From assembly GCA_050575255.1 (NCBI GenBank), contig JBNZDD010013678.1:487255-551254 (forward strand): a stretch of 64,000 nt of DNA, read 5' to 3'. Of this stretch, positions 1 through 11,300 are shown in pieces. Both the position numbers and the translations under genes were made by a program. The notes below the pieces were generated by a model. That model saw only the letters and a list, made by a program, of their open reading frames with translations. It ran no database searches and was not told where the DNA came from. This stretch comes from Harriotta raleighana (Eukaryota). How positions within the stretch are numbered: position 1 is the first letter of the stretch; each line of letters opens with the position of its first letter.

Positions 1-960
1 TCACAATCTCTATCACACCCCCAACCACCCAAAACACACAATTAACTCCTCGAATTGCCTCCATCCTCAACTCTACATGTCTTTAGAATGACTCAATCGA
101 TATATAATGTATATTTTATTTAAAAAAATACTCTTTGTGGAGATGAAAAGCGCAAAATAAGTACAACAGCTAGTCAATTTCTCTTCTTATGAAATAGACG
201 ACTTATAAATGCAGGCACAGTGTTTTATCACATTATTATTATTTTTTATCTGAACGTTTCATCTGAGCGTCAATTGAATTTAATTTCATGTGTGACACGG
301 TCGCAAAGTCTTCCCCCTCCCCTCTGTTTTCTTAGAAGTGATGCTGTAGTTTATCTTCACTGTCGTCTGTATCTTTTGCGATGAAAGTTCAGATTTTTTT
401 GATCCCAGCTTGTGAGGAGATTTACTTCTCCGTTCTCAGACTGAAGTAATATTAATTAGACAGTTAAACAAAATCGATTGAAGGCTTTTATTTGTGAGGG
501 AGTCGATTGGTTAACGAGGGGAATTGTGACTTGGTTACCTCAAGGAACATAAAGTTTAGGAAATAGTGGAGTTGGGGAGGAGAGGGGGAGTCACTTTTAC
601 CTCGATTATTGCCTTAAACTACACAACATATGGCTTCAGAAAACATCTTGAAAGAGAGATAATAATATATATTTTAAATGGACTGATAATTCACACACGA
701 GTTACCTGTGAACAGTTTCTAAAGCAAATCCATCAATCAAACGCCCCCTCAAGACAAAATGAGAAATAAGATTTTAGCTGTTATATTTCTTCCTTTCTCC
801 CTCTCTCCCCCTCTCTATATATCTATTGGTATGAAGTGTGTTGGATATTTGGCTGCGTGAAATTAATGAGTTATTTTCATGTTGAATTGGTGAAGTTTTG
901 CAGAGATCGACCGTATCTTAAACTCTATTGAAATCAAAGCTGTTAATGTTTTGGGACAGC

Positions 961-1815
961 AGAGTGTGTGTGTGTGTGTTTGTTGTGTGTGTGTGTGTGT
1001 GTGTTACATGTATGTGTGTGGATGTAGATGTGTGTGTTTGTTGTATGTGTGTGTGTTACATTTATGTGTGTGGATGTAGATGTGTGTGTTTGTTGTGTAT
1101 GTGTGTTACATGTGTGTGTGGATGTAGATGTGTGTGTTTGTTGAGTGTGTGTGTTACATGTATGTGTGGATGTATATGTGTGTGTTTGTTGTATGTGTGT
1201 TACATGTGCGTGTTTGTTTGTTGTGTATATATAGTGGAGTGTGTGTATAGTGTGTGTGTTTGTATATATATGGTATGTGTGTTGTGTAGTGTGTGTTTGT
1301 GTTGCATGTGTGTGTTTGTTGTGGGTGTATATAGTGTGTGTGTTTGCTTTGTGTGTGTATATATATGATGTGTGTGTTGTGTCATGTGTGTTTGTATTGC
1401 ATGTGTGGTGTGTGTGTTTGTTGCGTTTTTATATTGTGTGTGTGTTTCATGTGTGTGTGTATATATAGGGTGTGTGTTGTGTAGTGTGTGTGTTTGTGTT
1501 GCATGTGTGTGTATTTGTTTGTTGTGTGTGTATATTGTGTATGTGTGTTTGATGTGTGGTGTATATATATAGTGTGTTTTGTGTAGTGTGTGTTTGTGCT
1601 TCGTGTGTGTGTGTTTGATGTGTGTATATATATGGTGTGTGTGTTGTGTAGTGTGTGTGTGTTGTGTAGTGTGTGTTTGTGTTGCATGTGTGTGTGCGTA
1701 TTTGTTGTGTGTGTATATTTTGTGTGTGTCTGTGTGTTTGTTGTATGTATATAGTGTGTGTGTATGTGTGTTTGCTATGTGTGTGAATATATAGTGTATG
1801 TGTATGTGTGTGTTA
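961..1815. repeat. Degenerate (GT)n-derived compound satellite with higher-order units
   Basis: Almost entirely G/T/A on the + strand. A ~50-bp unit (GTGTGTTACATG...GGATGTAGATGTGTGTGTTTGTTG) repeats ~4x at ~1000-1205, then a longer unit containing GTGTTGTGTAGTGTGTGTTTGTGTTGCATG recurs to ~1750. The C/V- and H/T-rich ORFs here are translations of the repeat. Confidence 0.95.
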
Positions 1816-2045
1816 CTGCATATGAACAAGAACTCTGAACAGTGGCTCCAATGAGAGAGACCATCAGTTGGAGGAGCCTAGAGAACAGAGTTTTTCAGAC
1901 TTAAAACAAAGCGACAGAGAGAGATAGAAAGAGAGAGAGATCACCCTGATAGCAACAGAATACAGTACAGCATATACTGCACCTTGAACACAGGAGGAAA
2001 GGTGAGACTTAACATAAAGCTAGGGCTNGGGCGATGGGGTGGGGG

Positions 2046-2095
<50 letters not shown>

Positions 2096-4324
2096 GTGGG
2101 ATGAGGGATGGGTAGGACATGGTACAGCTCAGTAAATAATGTCTTCCCCAATTGCAAGGGAAGACAAGAACAAGATTGGGTGTTGTACACTTTCCTTAAA
2201 CAAAGGGAGTCTTTGCATTATTTTTTGGGGGTGGGGGGAATAAGTGATGGGGGAGGGGGAGAGTGGTGGTAATGCCAGCCTAAGCCCCCCCCAAAAAAAT
2301 CAAACAAGTCAAACACACTCTTCAATACCAAGGCTTTCAGTTAATCCTTTTGGCAAGAATTTTCCAAGCATTTAAATGGCAAACTAACATCAATCAATGC
2401 TTGTGCAAGGCTGGAAGTCGGGAAAGACACCTTATGTTTGCTGAAATTGTCATATCACAGTCATTTGGGTTGAAAATGATGATGGGTGGGGTGAGGGTGG
2501 GGAGGGGGAGGTGGGTAAACGAATTGCATTTGGCTGAAACCTCCAGACGTTTTGTTTTTGCTACTAAAAATCTGGTGCATCTCCTCAGCTAAGTGTGACT
2601 TCCAAATCAGTTTCTCCCATTGGATTCCAGGGAAGAAATTTGACCTGATTTTTACTATGAATAGTTAATACTACTACTATTATTATTATTGCTACTAGTA
2701 TTACTCTAATTAGTATGAGTATTACTCTGATACTATTATTAGAGTTTCTCCCTCTCTCTATATATCTTGTCCTAGTGTTATTTTAATCCAGCCATATAAA
2801 TTAATTGTAAGATACAGTATTTTACTCAAGTTTTATTTTGCTAACAGACTGCAGAGAAACAGGAAAACATGCCCTGGAACTAGCTGACAGGTAGAATTAG
2901 TACTGACAGCTGATGTTAAAACTAGAAAAAAAAGCCACAGTACTCATGACCCCCTCCCCGCCCCCCATACATTCTCTCCCCCTCCCCACGTCCTAAAATA
3001 AATAAAATATCTAGCATAAAAACTCCAAGGTTTCAAGTTATTTTGAGGCAGAGAATTATAGATTTAATCATAATAATATGATTTGACACATTTGACACAG
3101 AGTTTTATTCGCGCCTTTGAGATGTCTCAAAGTGCTTCACAGAATATATATATACTGCAGAGATATTTAGAGGGACTGAGGCATTTTAATACCAGGTTTA
3201 TTTTTGTAGTTTATAGTGTCAGGTGAAACCCTCAAACAGATTGCTGCTTTGAATCACTCGTGTGCATTCATTTCATATTGTAATTCTTCCATGTTTGGAG
3301 TAAGTTTTATCAATAAACCCCCTGGTGCCTTATGTTGACTGAATAGATTATTATTATTTTTTTTGGGGGGGGGAGGGGGAGGGAATTGGGGGGATTTAAA
3401 AAACAATGCAATGGATTTTTTTTTTTCGACGCTCTCCCTCCCCATCTCAGGAGGGATATGGCTATTAATATGAAACGACTTGAACGTGATTTGAAACGAT
3501 CTATGTGTGTACTGTATTTGTGGGTGCCAGGATTTTCATTGTGTTGTTGCCAATTGTCTTGCAAGACGTTGCCAGTGCCAACTCAATCTCGTTAACTTCA
3601 GTGTCAGCACATTGACTGCAAGCGATGGCCTTGGCCTTGCTAAAATCCTCTCGCTCATCTACAAGTCTCGTCACATCTTTCTGACCTTTGGGCTTGCTCC
3701 CCCACTTCACTACCCACTGGCTCCACTTGACTGGCTCTGGCCTCTTGCTTGTAATATAAATACAAGTTGTTGTTGTGACTCGTGTGAAGCCTATCTCTTA
3801 TTATTCTTATATAATATACATTTATACATCTACATATATTTATAATATATGTGTGTGAACATGTATAAATGACTTACACTTGTACAGGAGAATTTCTATC
3901 TAATGTGGATTAAATAGTTATTTTTAAAGACAGGTAGATGATAAGTAATACTAAGATGTGTGTTTGAGCAGGTATGCTTAGAGATGATACCCCCCCCTTC
4001 TATTGCAGTGTGAACGAGCGTCTTAACTGCACTCTGGGAATGCTGTTTGCACAAATAGTGGCGAGTACTGTACTAACGCCTTCTGCATAACTGCATTTCC
4101 CTATCTCTATCTCCACATTAATATTGAGTACCCACACAGAACTCCACCGATGGCTGCACTCCCCGATCAGGCCACTGAACAAACAGTGCCAGTCAAGTAC
4201 TGCACTGACATTCATTCAGTAGAAAAATAGTATGGAGCCGTATATGATCTACAGAAACACTTAGCAGAATGTTTCACATAGATAGATGGCTGAACCTTGC
4301 TAAGATCCCCTCACATCTCCGCAC

Positions 4325-4390
4325 CAGCACCTTGGGACGTCTTCCTGACGTGAAAGGCGCTGTACAAATGTCATTTTGTTGTTGTTGTTA
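4325..4390 (+). mobile_element. L2-clade LINE extreme 3' end; representative of ~15 similar short tails (e.g. 9203, 10360, 13938, 21485, 30050, 37855, 42705, 51465, 60272, 60565)
   Basis: CAGCACCTTGGGACGTCTTCCTGACGTGAAAGGCGCTG...AAATG + (TTG)n. The same tail follows L2 ORF2 sequence at 20907-21253 and 60780-60995. Confidence 0.8.
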
Positions 4391-4448
4391 AATAAGTGCA
4401 GCACAAAACACAGGTAATGCTCTGGCATACAAAGGATGTCTTACTGTA

Positions 4449-4590
4449 CCTTCAAAATAAGACCACGGAATCTTTAACGACCATCTGAACAGACATGATG
4501 GGACCTGAGTTTAACCTTTCATCCAACGCATGTCACCTCCAACAAGCCAACTCTCCATTAACACTCACTTGAGTGTCAGCATTATATTTT
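4449..4590 (-). mobile_element. Old DeuSINE relic (AmnSINE1/SacSINE1-like central Deu domain)
   Basis: CTTCAAAATAAGACCACGGAATCTTTAACGACCATCTGAAC...GTTTAACCTTTCATCC...CACCTCCAACA...GAGTGTCAGC is colinear with the reverse complement of the Deu domain as I recall it (GCCATGGGATCTTTTACGTCCACCTGA...GGTTTAACGTCTCATCCG...CACCTCCGACAG...GAGTGTCAGCC). Highly diverged. Confidence 0.65.
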
Positions 4591-4937
4591 TGTCGCACTT
4601 TCTAGTCCGTTTTCATTCATTCCATTGCCTTTTGATGGGCCGCTATTATTTTCTTATTTGCCCATTTTTTGCGTTCTACCCTGCTTTCAAATTTGGGATT
4701 CTTTCCAATTTACAGTTTGGGTAATGTTTTACTCGCCTGTTGGTTACACAGTTACACAGTTTGTGGTAATGTAGTAACCTTTATTATGTGGTAATGTAGC
4801 AGTAACCTCTACCAGTGGTACTGACAGCACAATACTCATAACATCTATCCTTATAGGCAAATGGAATAGATCCAGTGAAAGGATATTTGATAGCAAAGAG
4901 GAGATACAACCTACAGCATAAAAAATACAAATGCACA

Positions 4938-5110
4938 TAATAATACTAATAATAATCCTTGCATTTGATATAGAGTCTCATCATGTCGTTAAGATGTCCC
5001 AAAGTGCTTCACAGGATACACTTTAAAGTGAATTGACTGTATGTGTTTATAGGCAAAATGCGGGAGCCAATTGCGCACAGCAGCTTGTCCCACAAACAGT
5101 CATGGTTTGA
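4938..5110 (-). mobile_element. tRNA-derived SINE, 3' half
   Basis: AATAATCCTTGCATTTGATAT...AGTGAATTGACTGT...CCAATTGCGCACAGCAGC...CCCACAAACAGTC is the reverse complement of the SINE body and tail. Confidence 0.9.
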
Positions 5111-5142
5111 ACAGTCAAATTTTGTCACTCCCCCATTTGACT

Positions 5143-5584
5143 GTGGAGGTCCTGTCGCTCAGTGGTTAGAGCACTCGCCTTACAAGCTTGAGACCTGTTT
5201 TCGAATCCAGGCAGATCCGGGTGAAACCTTGGGCAAGTTCTCTTACTCCACACACCCTCCTAATAATAATCCCTCCAAAAAAAAGCACAATAATAGAAAT
5301 GNGAGACCTGTTTTCGAATCCAGGCAGATCAGGGTGAAACCTTGGGCAAGTTCTCTTACTCCACACACCCGCCTAATAATAATCCCTCCAAAAAAAAGCA
5401 CAATAATAGAAATTTATCATTTTCAATCCACGACTGTTTGTGGGACGCCGCTGTGCCCAATTAGCTGCCTTGTTCTGCCCACAAATATACAGTCATTTCA
5501 CTTCACAGTACATTCTGTGAAGCACTTTAGGACATCGATAAGATGTGAAAAGCGCTATATCAAATGCAAGGATTATTATTATTA
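5143..5584 (+). mobile_element. tRNA-derived SINE, short variant, full length (internal duplication at N5302 is an assembly artefact)
   Basis: A-box GCTCAGTGGTTAGAGC, B-box TTCGAATCC, body GGGACGCCGCTGTGC, tail AAAGCGCTATATCAAATGCAAGG(ATT)n. Confidence 0.93.
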
Positions 5585-6515
5585 CTAAAGATCCCATGGT
5601 TACTAGTTGGTGAACAATCCCCCAGATTAAAAAAAATGTAATTTGCCTACAGTTACACTTTGCAGAAAACTGTGTAAGATGTTTGAAGGTGATAAGGCGT
5701 TATATGAAACGCAAGCGTTATTATTATACATGAAACATACTTGCTAATGGAGGAAGCCTTGAGAGCAGAAAATACTTTTTGTTCTGCCGTTTACCTCAGC
5801 TCAGCTCTTAGATAAAATCACATTTCCATGGAGACCATTTTTTTTCCCGTCAAGCTACAGTTGACCTGATCAGGGCTACACTTGTGCGGACACAATAAAT
5901 GATATAGCTTTGCATAAAATTATAAGTATTAAAATTAATTTTCATGACGTAAATGTGACAGGGATAGAAATAACTATTTTCTTCGAAATGATTTACGTGC
6001 AGTCAATGTGTTTATGTTATCGTTATATACTACTGAACCTTTGGGAGACCAAGTTTTAGGAAAACTGACTCAAAATTGTTTTAGAATATCCTAATGTGAT
6101 CCATGGGAGTAGTTACAAACAAAACTGCCTCAAAGTGCGAATCTCTCAGTGATTTGAGGATTTTCTGATATTTGATTCCTTCATCTCTGTGCTTTTTTAA
6201 AAAAAAAGTGTGCAGAATATAAAACACGTTCTTGCTTTGAACGATTTCCATATCTGACCCTTTGTATTTCTCCCTCTGCTCCAGTCCATGAGTTTTTGAA
6301 AAAAAAATCATATTAATATATGAGTCAGTCTCTGTTGCATGCATTGCGTATTTCTACGCTGTCATTCGCTCCAGGGGTGTTGTGCTTTCCAGACAGATGG
6401 CTTGCAAACCTGCAAGTCCGTGTGTGAATGACCAGTCACTGGTACACTATAGCTTAATCTGTATCATTAGAGGATTAAGAAATTCACAAGCGGTTGAAAC
6501 AAAATACTGTACTAT

Positions 6516-6868
6516 GTGGAGCTCCTGTAGTTCAGTGGTTAGAGCACTTGCCTTACAAGCGTGAGGCCTGTGTTCAAATCCAGGCAGATCAGGGCGAAAC
6601 CTTGGGCAAGTTTCCTTACTCCACACACACACACACGCACACGCGCGTGCCTAATAATAATCCATCCCAAAAACCTCCCCACAATAATAAAATCGGTCAT
6701 TTCAATCCACAACTGTTTGTGGGGGACACTGCTGTGCGCAATGGGCTGCCACGTTTCGCCCACAAATATACAGTCAATTCACTTTACAGTATATTCTGTG
6801 AAGCACATTGAGATGTTGATAAGATGTGAAAAGCGCTATATCAAATGCAAGGATTATTATTATTATAT
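6516..6868 (+). mobile_element. tRNA-derived SINE, short variant, full length
   Basis: GTGGAGCTCCTGTAG.TCAGTGGTTAGAGC head, internal (CA)n, Deu-like body, (TTA)n tail. Confidence 0.95.
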
Positions 6869-7343
6869 TATTAATTGGTTTGTACAATACCCCATATCCT
6901 GACACTACCAAGAATGCACACAAAGAAATTATGATGTATATTTAGAGATTCAAAATTCATAGTCACATCATAAAAGTAGGCATCTTCTCAGACTGAGTTT
7001 GAAATTGAATTGGAACATTGATATGCCTCCTTAGGGGAAGTTTTGACATTCCCTCCGTTTAGACAGAGCCTTCAGGCAGGCAGACCTGATCTCTGATACA
7101 CATGCCTCTGGCAATGCAATATTTTCAACAGTAAAAGGTAAAGGCAACCTCGATTGTAGGTGCAACTAAAATGAAGACATAGTGTTTTTCTGGGTTAGTG
7201 AGGTTAGTCAGGTTTTACTTTGAGTTGACAGCCATTTATAGGAACATAGGACTGTACAGGACCACAAACAACTATTGTGGTCCACTTGACTTGATCTAAA
7301 AGCAAGTTAAATGAGCAGTTTTTATCTCTCGTAGGACTCAATT

Positions 7344-7667
7344 GTGCAGCTCCTGTAGCTCAGTGGTTAGACCAGTTGCCTGACAAGTGTGAGACCTGTG
7401 TTTGAATCCAGGCAGATCAGGCCAAAACCTTGGGTAAATTTCCTTACTCCACACGACTAATAATAATCCGTCCAAAAAAAACACAATAATAAAAATTGAT
7501 CATTTCAATCCACGACTGTTTGTGGGGGACACTGCTGTGAGCAATTGGCTGCCATGTTTCGTCCACAAATATACAGTCAATTCACTTTACAGTATATTCT
7601 GTGAAGTGCTTTGGGACGTCGATAAGATGTGAAAAGTGCTATATCAAATGCAAGGATTATTATTATT
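7344..7667 (+). mobile_element. tRNA-derived SINE, short variant, full length
   Basis: Same head, body and tail as the other copies. Confidence 0.95.
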
Positions 7668-7754
7668 TTATTATTACAATTATAATTGTCTCAGGCTGCT
7701 TGACTAAAAAAAATGTAGAGTCTGTAAAGAACAAGGGCAGTTCATGGTTAATGT

Positions 7755-7985
7755 AACAACAAAAACAACAACTTGCATTTATTCAGCGCTTCCTCACAGG
7801 GTATAGCATCCCAGGTCACTTCACACTGGCAGAGCGTGATGCCAAGTCAGGGGGGAGGTGTGACTATAGGCACGGTCGATGAGGAAGGACTTCAGGCATG
7901 ACTTGAAAATGAGGGGACAAGGCGGAGGGAGAGAGGAAGAATGATCCAGTGTTTTGGGGTGCGACCACCCAGGGTGGAGAGGAGG
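7755..7985 (-). mobile_element. L2 LINE 3' fragment
   Basis: (CAA)n tail. The minus-strand translation includes PCPLIFKSCLKSFLIDRAY, matching the L2 ORF2 C-terminal FKSxLKTxLF motif. Confidence 0.75.
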
Positions 7986-8574
7986 GCACGAGGGACAAGT
8001 TCTAACCTGCTCTGAAAGAGGTGAGTACATCTTTAAAATAAACCGATCTCAGAGGTACAATAAAAACAAATATTGATGGTAGTTTGGGGGATATAATTGG
8101 TAAACTACTGCCCCTTTGGTTACAGAAGTGACCTGAAGTGTGCAATAATACCCTCCCAGTCTTTGGCTTCAAGCATTATAACACAAAGTCATCACTTCTG
8201 TAATCTTTGGGTCAATAGTTTCAGCCATAGCCTTAAACTGCAGTCAATATTTAATCATAGTGTCCCACAGTACAGGATCAAACGTATACACCACAATATT
8301 AAAGAGGCATTGTATTTGTCACTGGGGAGGGGGAGAATGCAAAGAATAGCTGTCTGTCATTTTTGCTGTCTTTACAATACAGTGAAATATTTAGACAAGG
8401 AACTGCGTCATTTTGTCGAATGCTCGGATAGCACGTTGAAAAGGTTTACTGAACGCCTTTTTTTTCTTTTTTGACAAGGTTCAGTGTCACTTTAACTTTA
8501 ATAGGTTTGAATTCTTCAGGCTTTAGAGCAATTCATATGTCAAGTAGACATGCATTAATGATAGGAGAATGTTT

Positions 8575-8637
8575 CACGCACACACAAACACACAAGCACA
8601 CACGCACACACACATACACACACAACACACACACACA
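8575..8637. repeat. (CA)n microsatellite, imperfect
   Basis: Seen directly. Confidence 0.9.
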
Positions 8638-9074
8638 GCTTGAATAGCTCAGGACTTGTTGACCCATGGTTCATCTGGGTCTCTCAACTATTGTCTTCAT
8701 TTGAAAATGGAGCCGCGACTCCTGTAATTATTTTTCTATTTTCATGAAACGTAAGATCAAGGCGTTTAGCAGTGGAGGCAATTCAAGGCGATCAGTGTAT
8801 GAAAATCACCGACAACTGAGAGAGAGAGACTTAACTGTTACTGCGATGATGCAGCTTCGAAAGAGGTAGGAATGATGATGATAATAACAATGCTAATATT
8901 ACTAATAATCGTTGCGTTTGATATAGCGCCTTTTCACATCGTTGAGATACCTTAAAGTGCTTGACACAGAATTGTATTGCAAAGTGGATTGACTGTATTT
9001 TACTGTAGCGTTTGATATAATCCAGGGTTGGTTCCACAGTGTTGCCAGGATTATGATTCTATAGATACAGTATA

Positions 9075-9202
9075 TACTTGAAAAGGATTTTTTTTTTGGA
9101 AGTTTATTAGGGTAAGAATGGGGGGGAGTGGGGACTAGATGGTGGCTCTTCCACAAAACAAGCACAGGCTTGATGGGCTGAATGGCCTCCTTCTGTGCGG
9201 TA
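9075..9202 (+). mobile_element. CR1 LINE 3' end fragment
   Basis: AGCACAGGCTTGATGGGCTGAATGGCCTCCTTCTGTGC is typical of a chondrichthyan CR1 3' UTR. A similar piece lies at ~33735-33845. Confidence 0.75.
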
Positions 9203-9279
9203 GAGGACGTCCTCCCGACGTGAAAGGCGCTATATAAATAAAATTTTGATTTTGATTGATAGAGTTACATGGTTCTATT

Positions 9280-9445
9280 TTAAAAAAAATTGGTCATTTC
9301 AATCCACGACTGTTTATGGGGACACTGCTGTGCGCAATTGGCTGCCGCGTTTCGCCCACAAATAGATACAGTCAATTCACTTTACAGTATATTCTATGAA
9401 GCGCTTTGAAGCATCTAGATTAGAAGACCTGAAAAGGATTATTAT
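9280..9445 (+). mobile_element. tRNA-derived SINE, 3' half
   Basis: AAATTGGTCATTTCAATCCACGACTGTTT...GCTGTGCGCAATTGGCTGCCGCGTTTCGCCCAC...GAAGCGCTTTGA. Confidence 0.9.
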
Positions 9446-10094
9446 CGTTGTGTGTAGAAGAGCAAACAAGGATATTAATCTGGTACTGAGATTAGTGGGT
9501 GCGAGGGTTGAGGTATGAGAGAATTAACCTCACTGTTACAATACCTTTGTTTTCTTTTCATCAGATCCAGGATTTCATTGCCAAATACTGTACTTTATTT
9601 TCTACTCTTTGGTAAGTAGGATAGGTAAGGCCCCATCAGTTTCCCCGAATTAACATGGCCTGTGTTAATAGGTCTGTTTGTTATGCATGTATGTAGGTAG
9701 GATTGCAGCAGATGTACTTTATCAAACACTGTGACATCCCAGTATGTGCCAGCCATTAATAATACACACCTTTGTGCTTTAGTTGAACAATTCAAGTAAT
9801 TAGCTTAGTGATTTGCGTATGTAACTACTAACATTAATTTTCAATGAAAGCAAGATGTATCTTCTGGAAACTTTTTTTTGTCTCTTAAGGAGCGCTTTGA
9901 ATAGTGAACGTGGCTGAAATATGAATAGCCCTAATGAAGCAATGACTTTCATGCACTATAACATCAGTGTGAACGTTTTTCAGGATAGTAAAGAATAAGT
10001 GCAATGTAATATTAATTAAATAATATTATATCATAATGTTTAATAAAGCCTTATTTGTATTATTTGGAAGCAATGCACTATAATATAAAAATAA

Positions 10095-10320
10095 TAATAA
10101 TATAATAATAATAATCCTTGCATTTGATATAGCGCCTTATCACATCTTCTAAACATCTCAAAGCGCTTCACAGAATACACTGCAAAGTGAATTTACTGTA
10201 TATTTGTCGGCGAAACGCTGCAGCCAATTGCGCACAGCAGTATTCCCACAAACAATCGTGGATTGAAATGATCAATTAATTTTTTTTTGAGGGATTATTA
10301 TTAGGCGTGTGGAGTAAGAG
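10095..10320 (-). mobile_element. tRNA-derived SINE lacking the tRNA head
   Basis: Reverse-complement tail and body through GGATTATTATTAGGCGTGTGGAGTAAG. Confidence 0.9.
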
Positions 10321-10499
10321 AACTACAAAGATACTTGATAATGCGGTGTGTGCGTTATGTCCAGCGCTTTGGGACGTCCTCCCGACGTGAATGGCACTCT
10401 ATAAATGTGATTTTTATTGTAGCACAAACGGGAACAATTATCTCTCCTTCCCTTCCCAAGGATGAACTCGCTGCACATATGGGGTGTTCCTGCCTGGCA

Positions 10500-10593
10500 T
10501 GTGGAGCTCTTGTAGCTCAGTGGTTAGAACACTCGCCTTACGTGAGACCTGTGTTTGAATCCAGGGCGAAACCTTGGGCAAATTTCCTTACTC

Positions 10594-10624
<31 letters not shown>

Positions 10625-10816
10625 ACACCTAATAATAATCCCTCCAAAACAACACAATAATAAAAATTGGTCATTTCAATCCACGATTGTTTGTGGGGAC
10701 ACAGCTGTGCGCAATTCGCCCACAAATATACAGTCAATTCACTTTACAGTATATTCTGTGAGGCGCCTTGAGACGTGGACAAGATGTGAAAAGATCAAAT
10801 GCAAGGATTATTATTA
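10500..10816 (+). mobile_element. tRNA-derived SINE, short variant with small deletions
   Basis: Head GTGGAGCTCTTGTAGCTCAGTGGTTAG, (CA)n at ~10594-10625, tail CAAATGCAAGG(ATT)n. Confidence 0.93.
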
Positions 10817-10964
10817 CTGTATATCCAGAGGTTGTTGTTGAGTTGTGGTGAATGTCCCACAGTCATTTCCTATTTGATTGAACCAAACTTCCCTTGATCA
10901 CTTGGCATAACCCATCGAGGTGGCCATTGGTATCTTGGTAAGAAATGATGGTGAAAGACTTTGG

Positions 10965-11300
10965 CTTCGTTGGAGAAACTATAACTAAGGGTCACAGTTT
11001 TAAGATTAGGGGGTCAGCCTTTTTGCACTGTTGAGGAAAAACTTTTTCACTCGACTTAGTGATTTGATGGAATTCTCTACCCCAAAAGGCTGTAGATGCT
11101 CACTCAGTTCTTGAACATATTCAAGACTGAGATTGATAGATTTCTCATGGATAAAGGGATAAAGGGATATGGGGATAAGGCGGGGGTAGGTGGAGTTAGA
11201 TTAGAAGATCAGCCATGATTTTATTGAATGGCGGAGCGGGCTCGAGGGGCTGAATGGCCTACTCCCGCTCCTAATTCTTATGCCCTTATGTTCTTATGTT
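10965..11300 (+). mobile_element. CR1 LINE 3' end (ORF2 C-terminus + 3' UTR)
   Basis: ACTAAGGGTCACAGTTTTAAGATT encodes TKGHSFKI (TRGH motif), followed by TGGAATTCTCTACCC (WNSLP) and TTCAAGACTGAGATTGATAGATTT (FKTEIDRF). The 3' UTR GATCAGCCATGAT...GAATGGCCTACTCC ends in 8-bp CTTATGTT-type repeats. Confidence 0.92.

Noticed and set aside
928-1829. Long Cys/Val-rich and His/Thr-rich ORFs (up to 209 aa)
   Set aside because: They are translations of the (GT)n satellite.
2040-2094. Poly-G run or G-quadruplex; also 15054-15149 and its poly-Pro ORFs
   Set aside because: The runs follow Ns and are typical of sequencing artefacts.
3500-3760. Possible LF-SINE relic or coding exon
   Set aside because: Only short scattered similarities; no convincing colinear match or recognisable protein.
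5043-5588. Recurring ORF family (VAQWLEH...[12 protein letters not shown]...CKDYYY) that looks like a multigene family
   Set aside because: All are chance translations of SINE copies, in inconsistent frames.
6516-6590. tRNA-Val/Ala genes at the SINE heads
   Set aside because: No proper acceptor stem or terminator; each continues directly into the SINE body.
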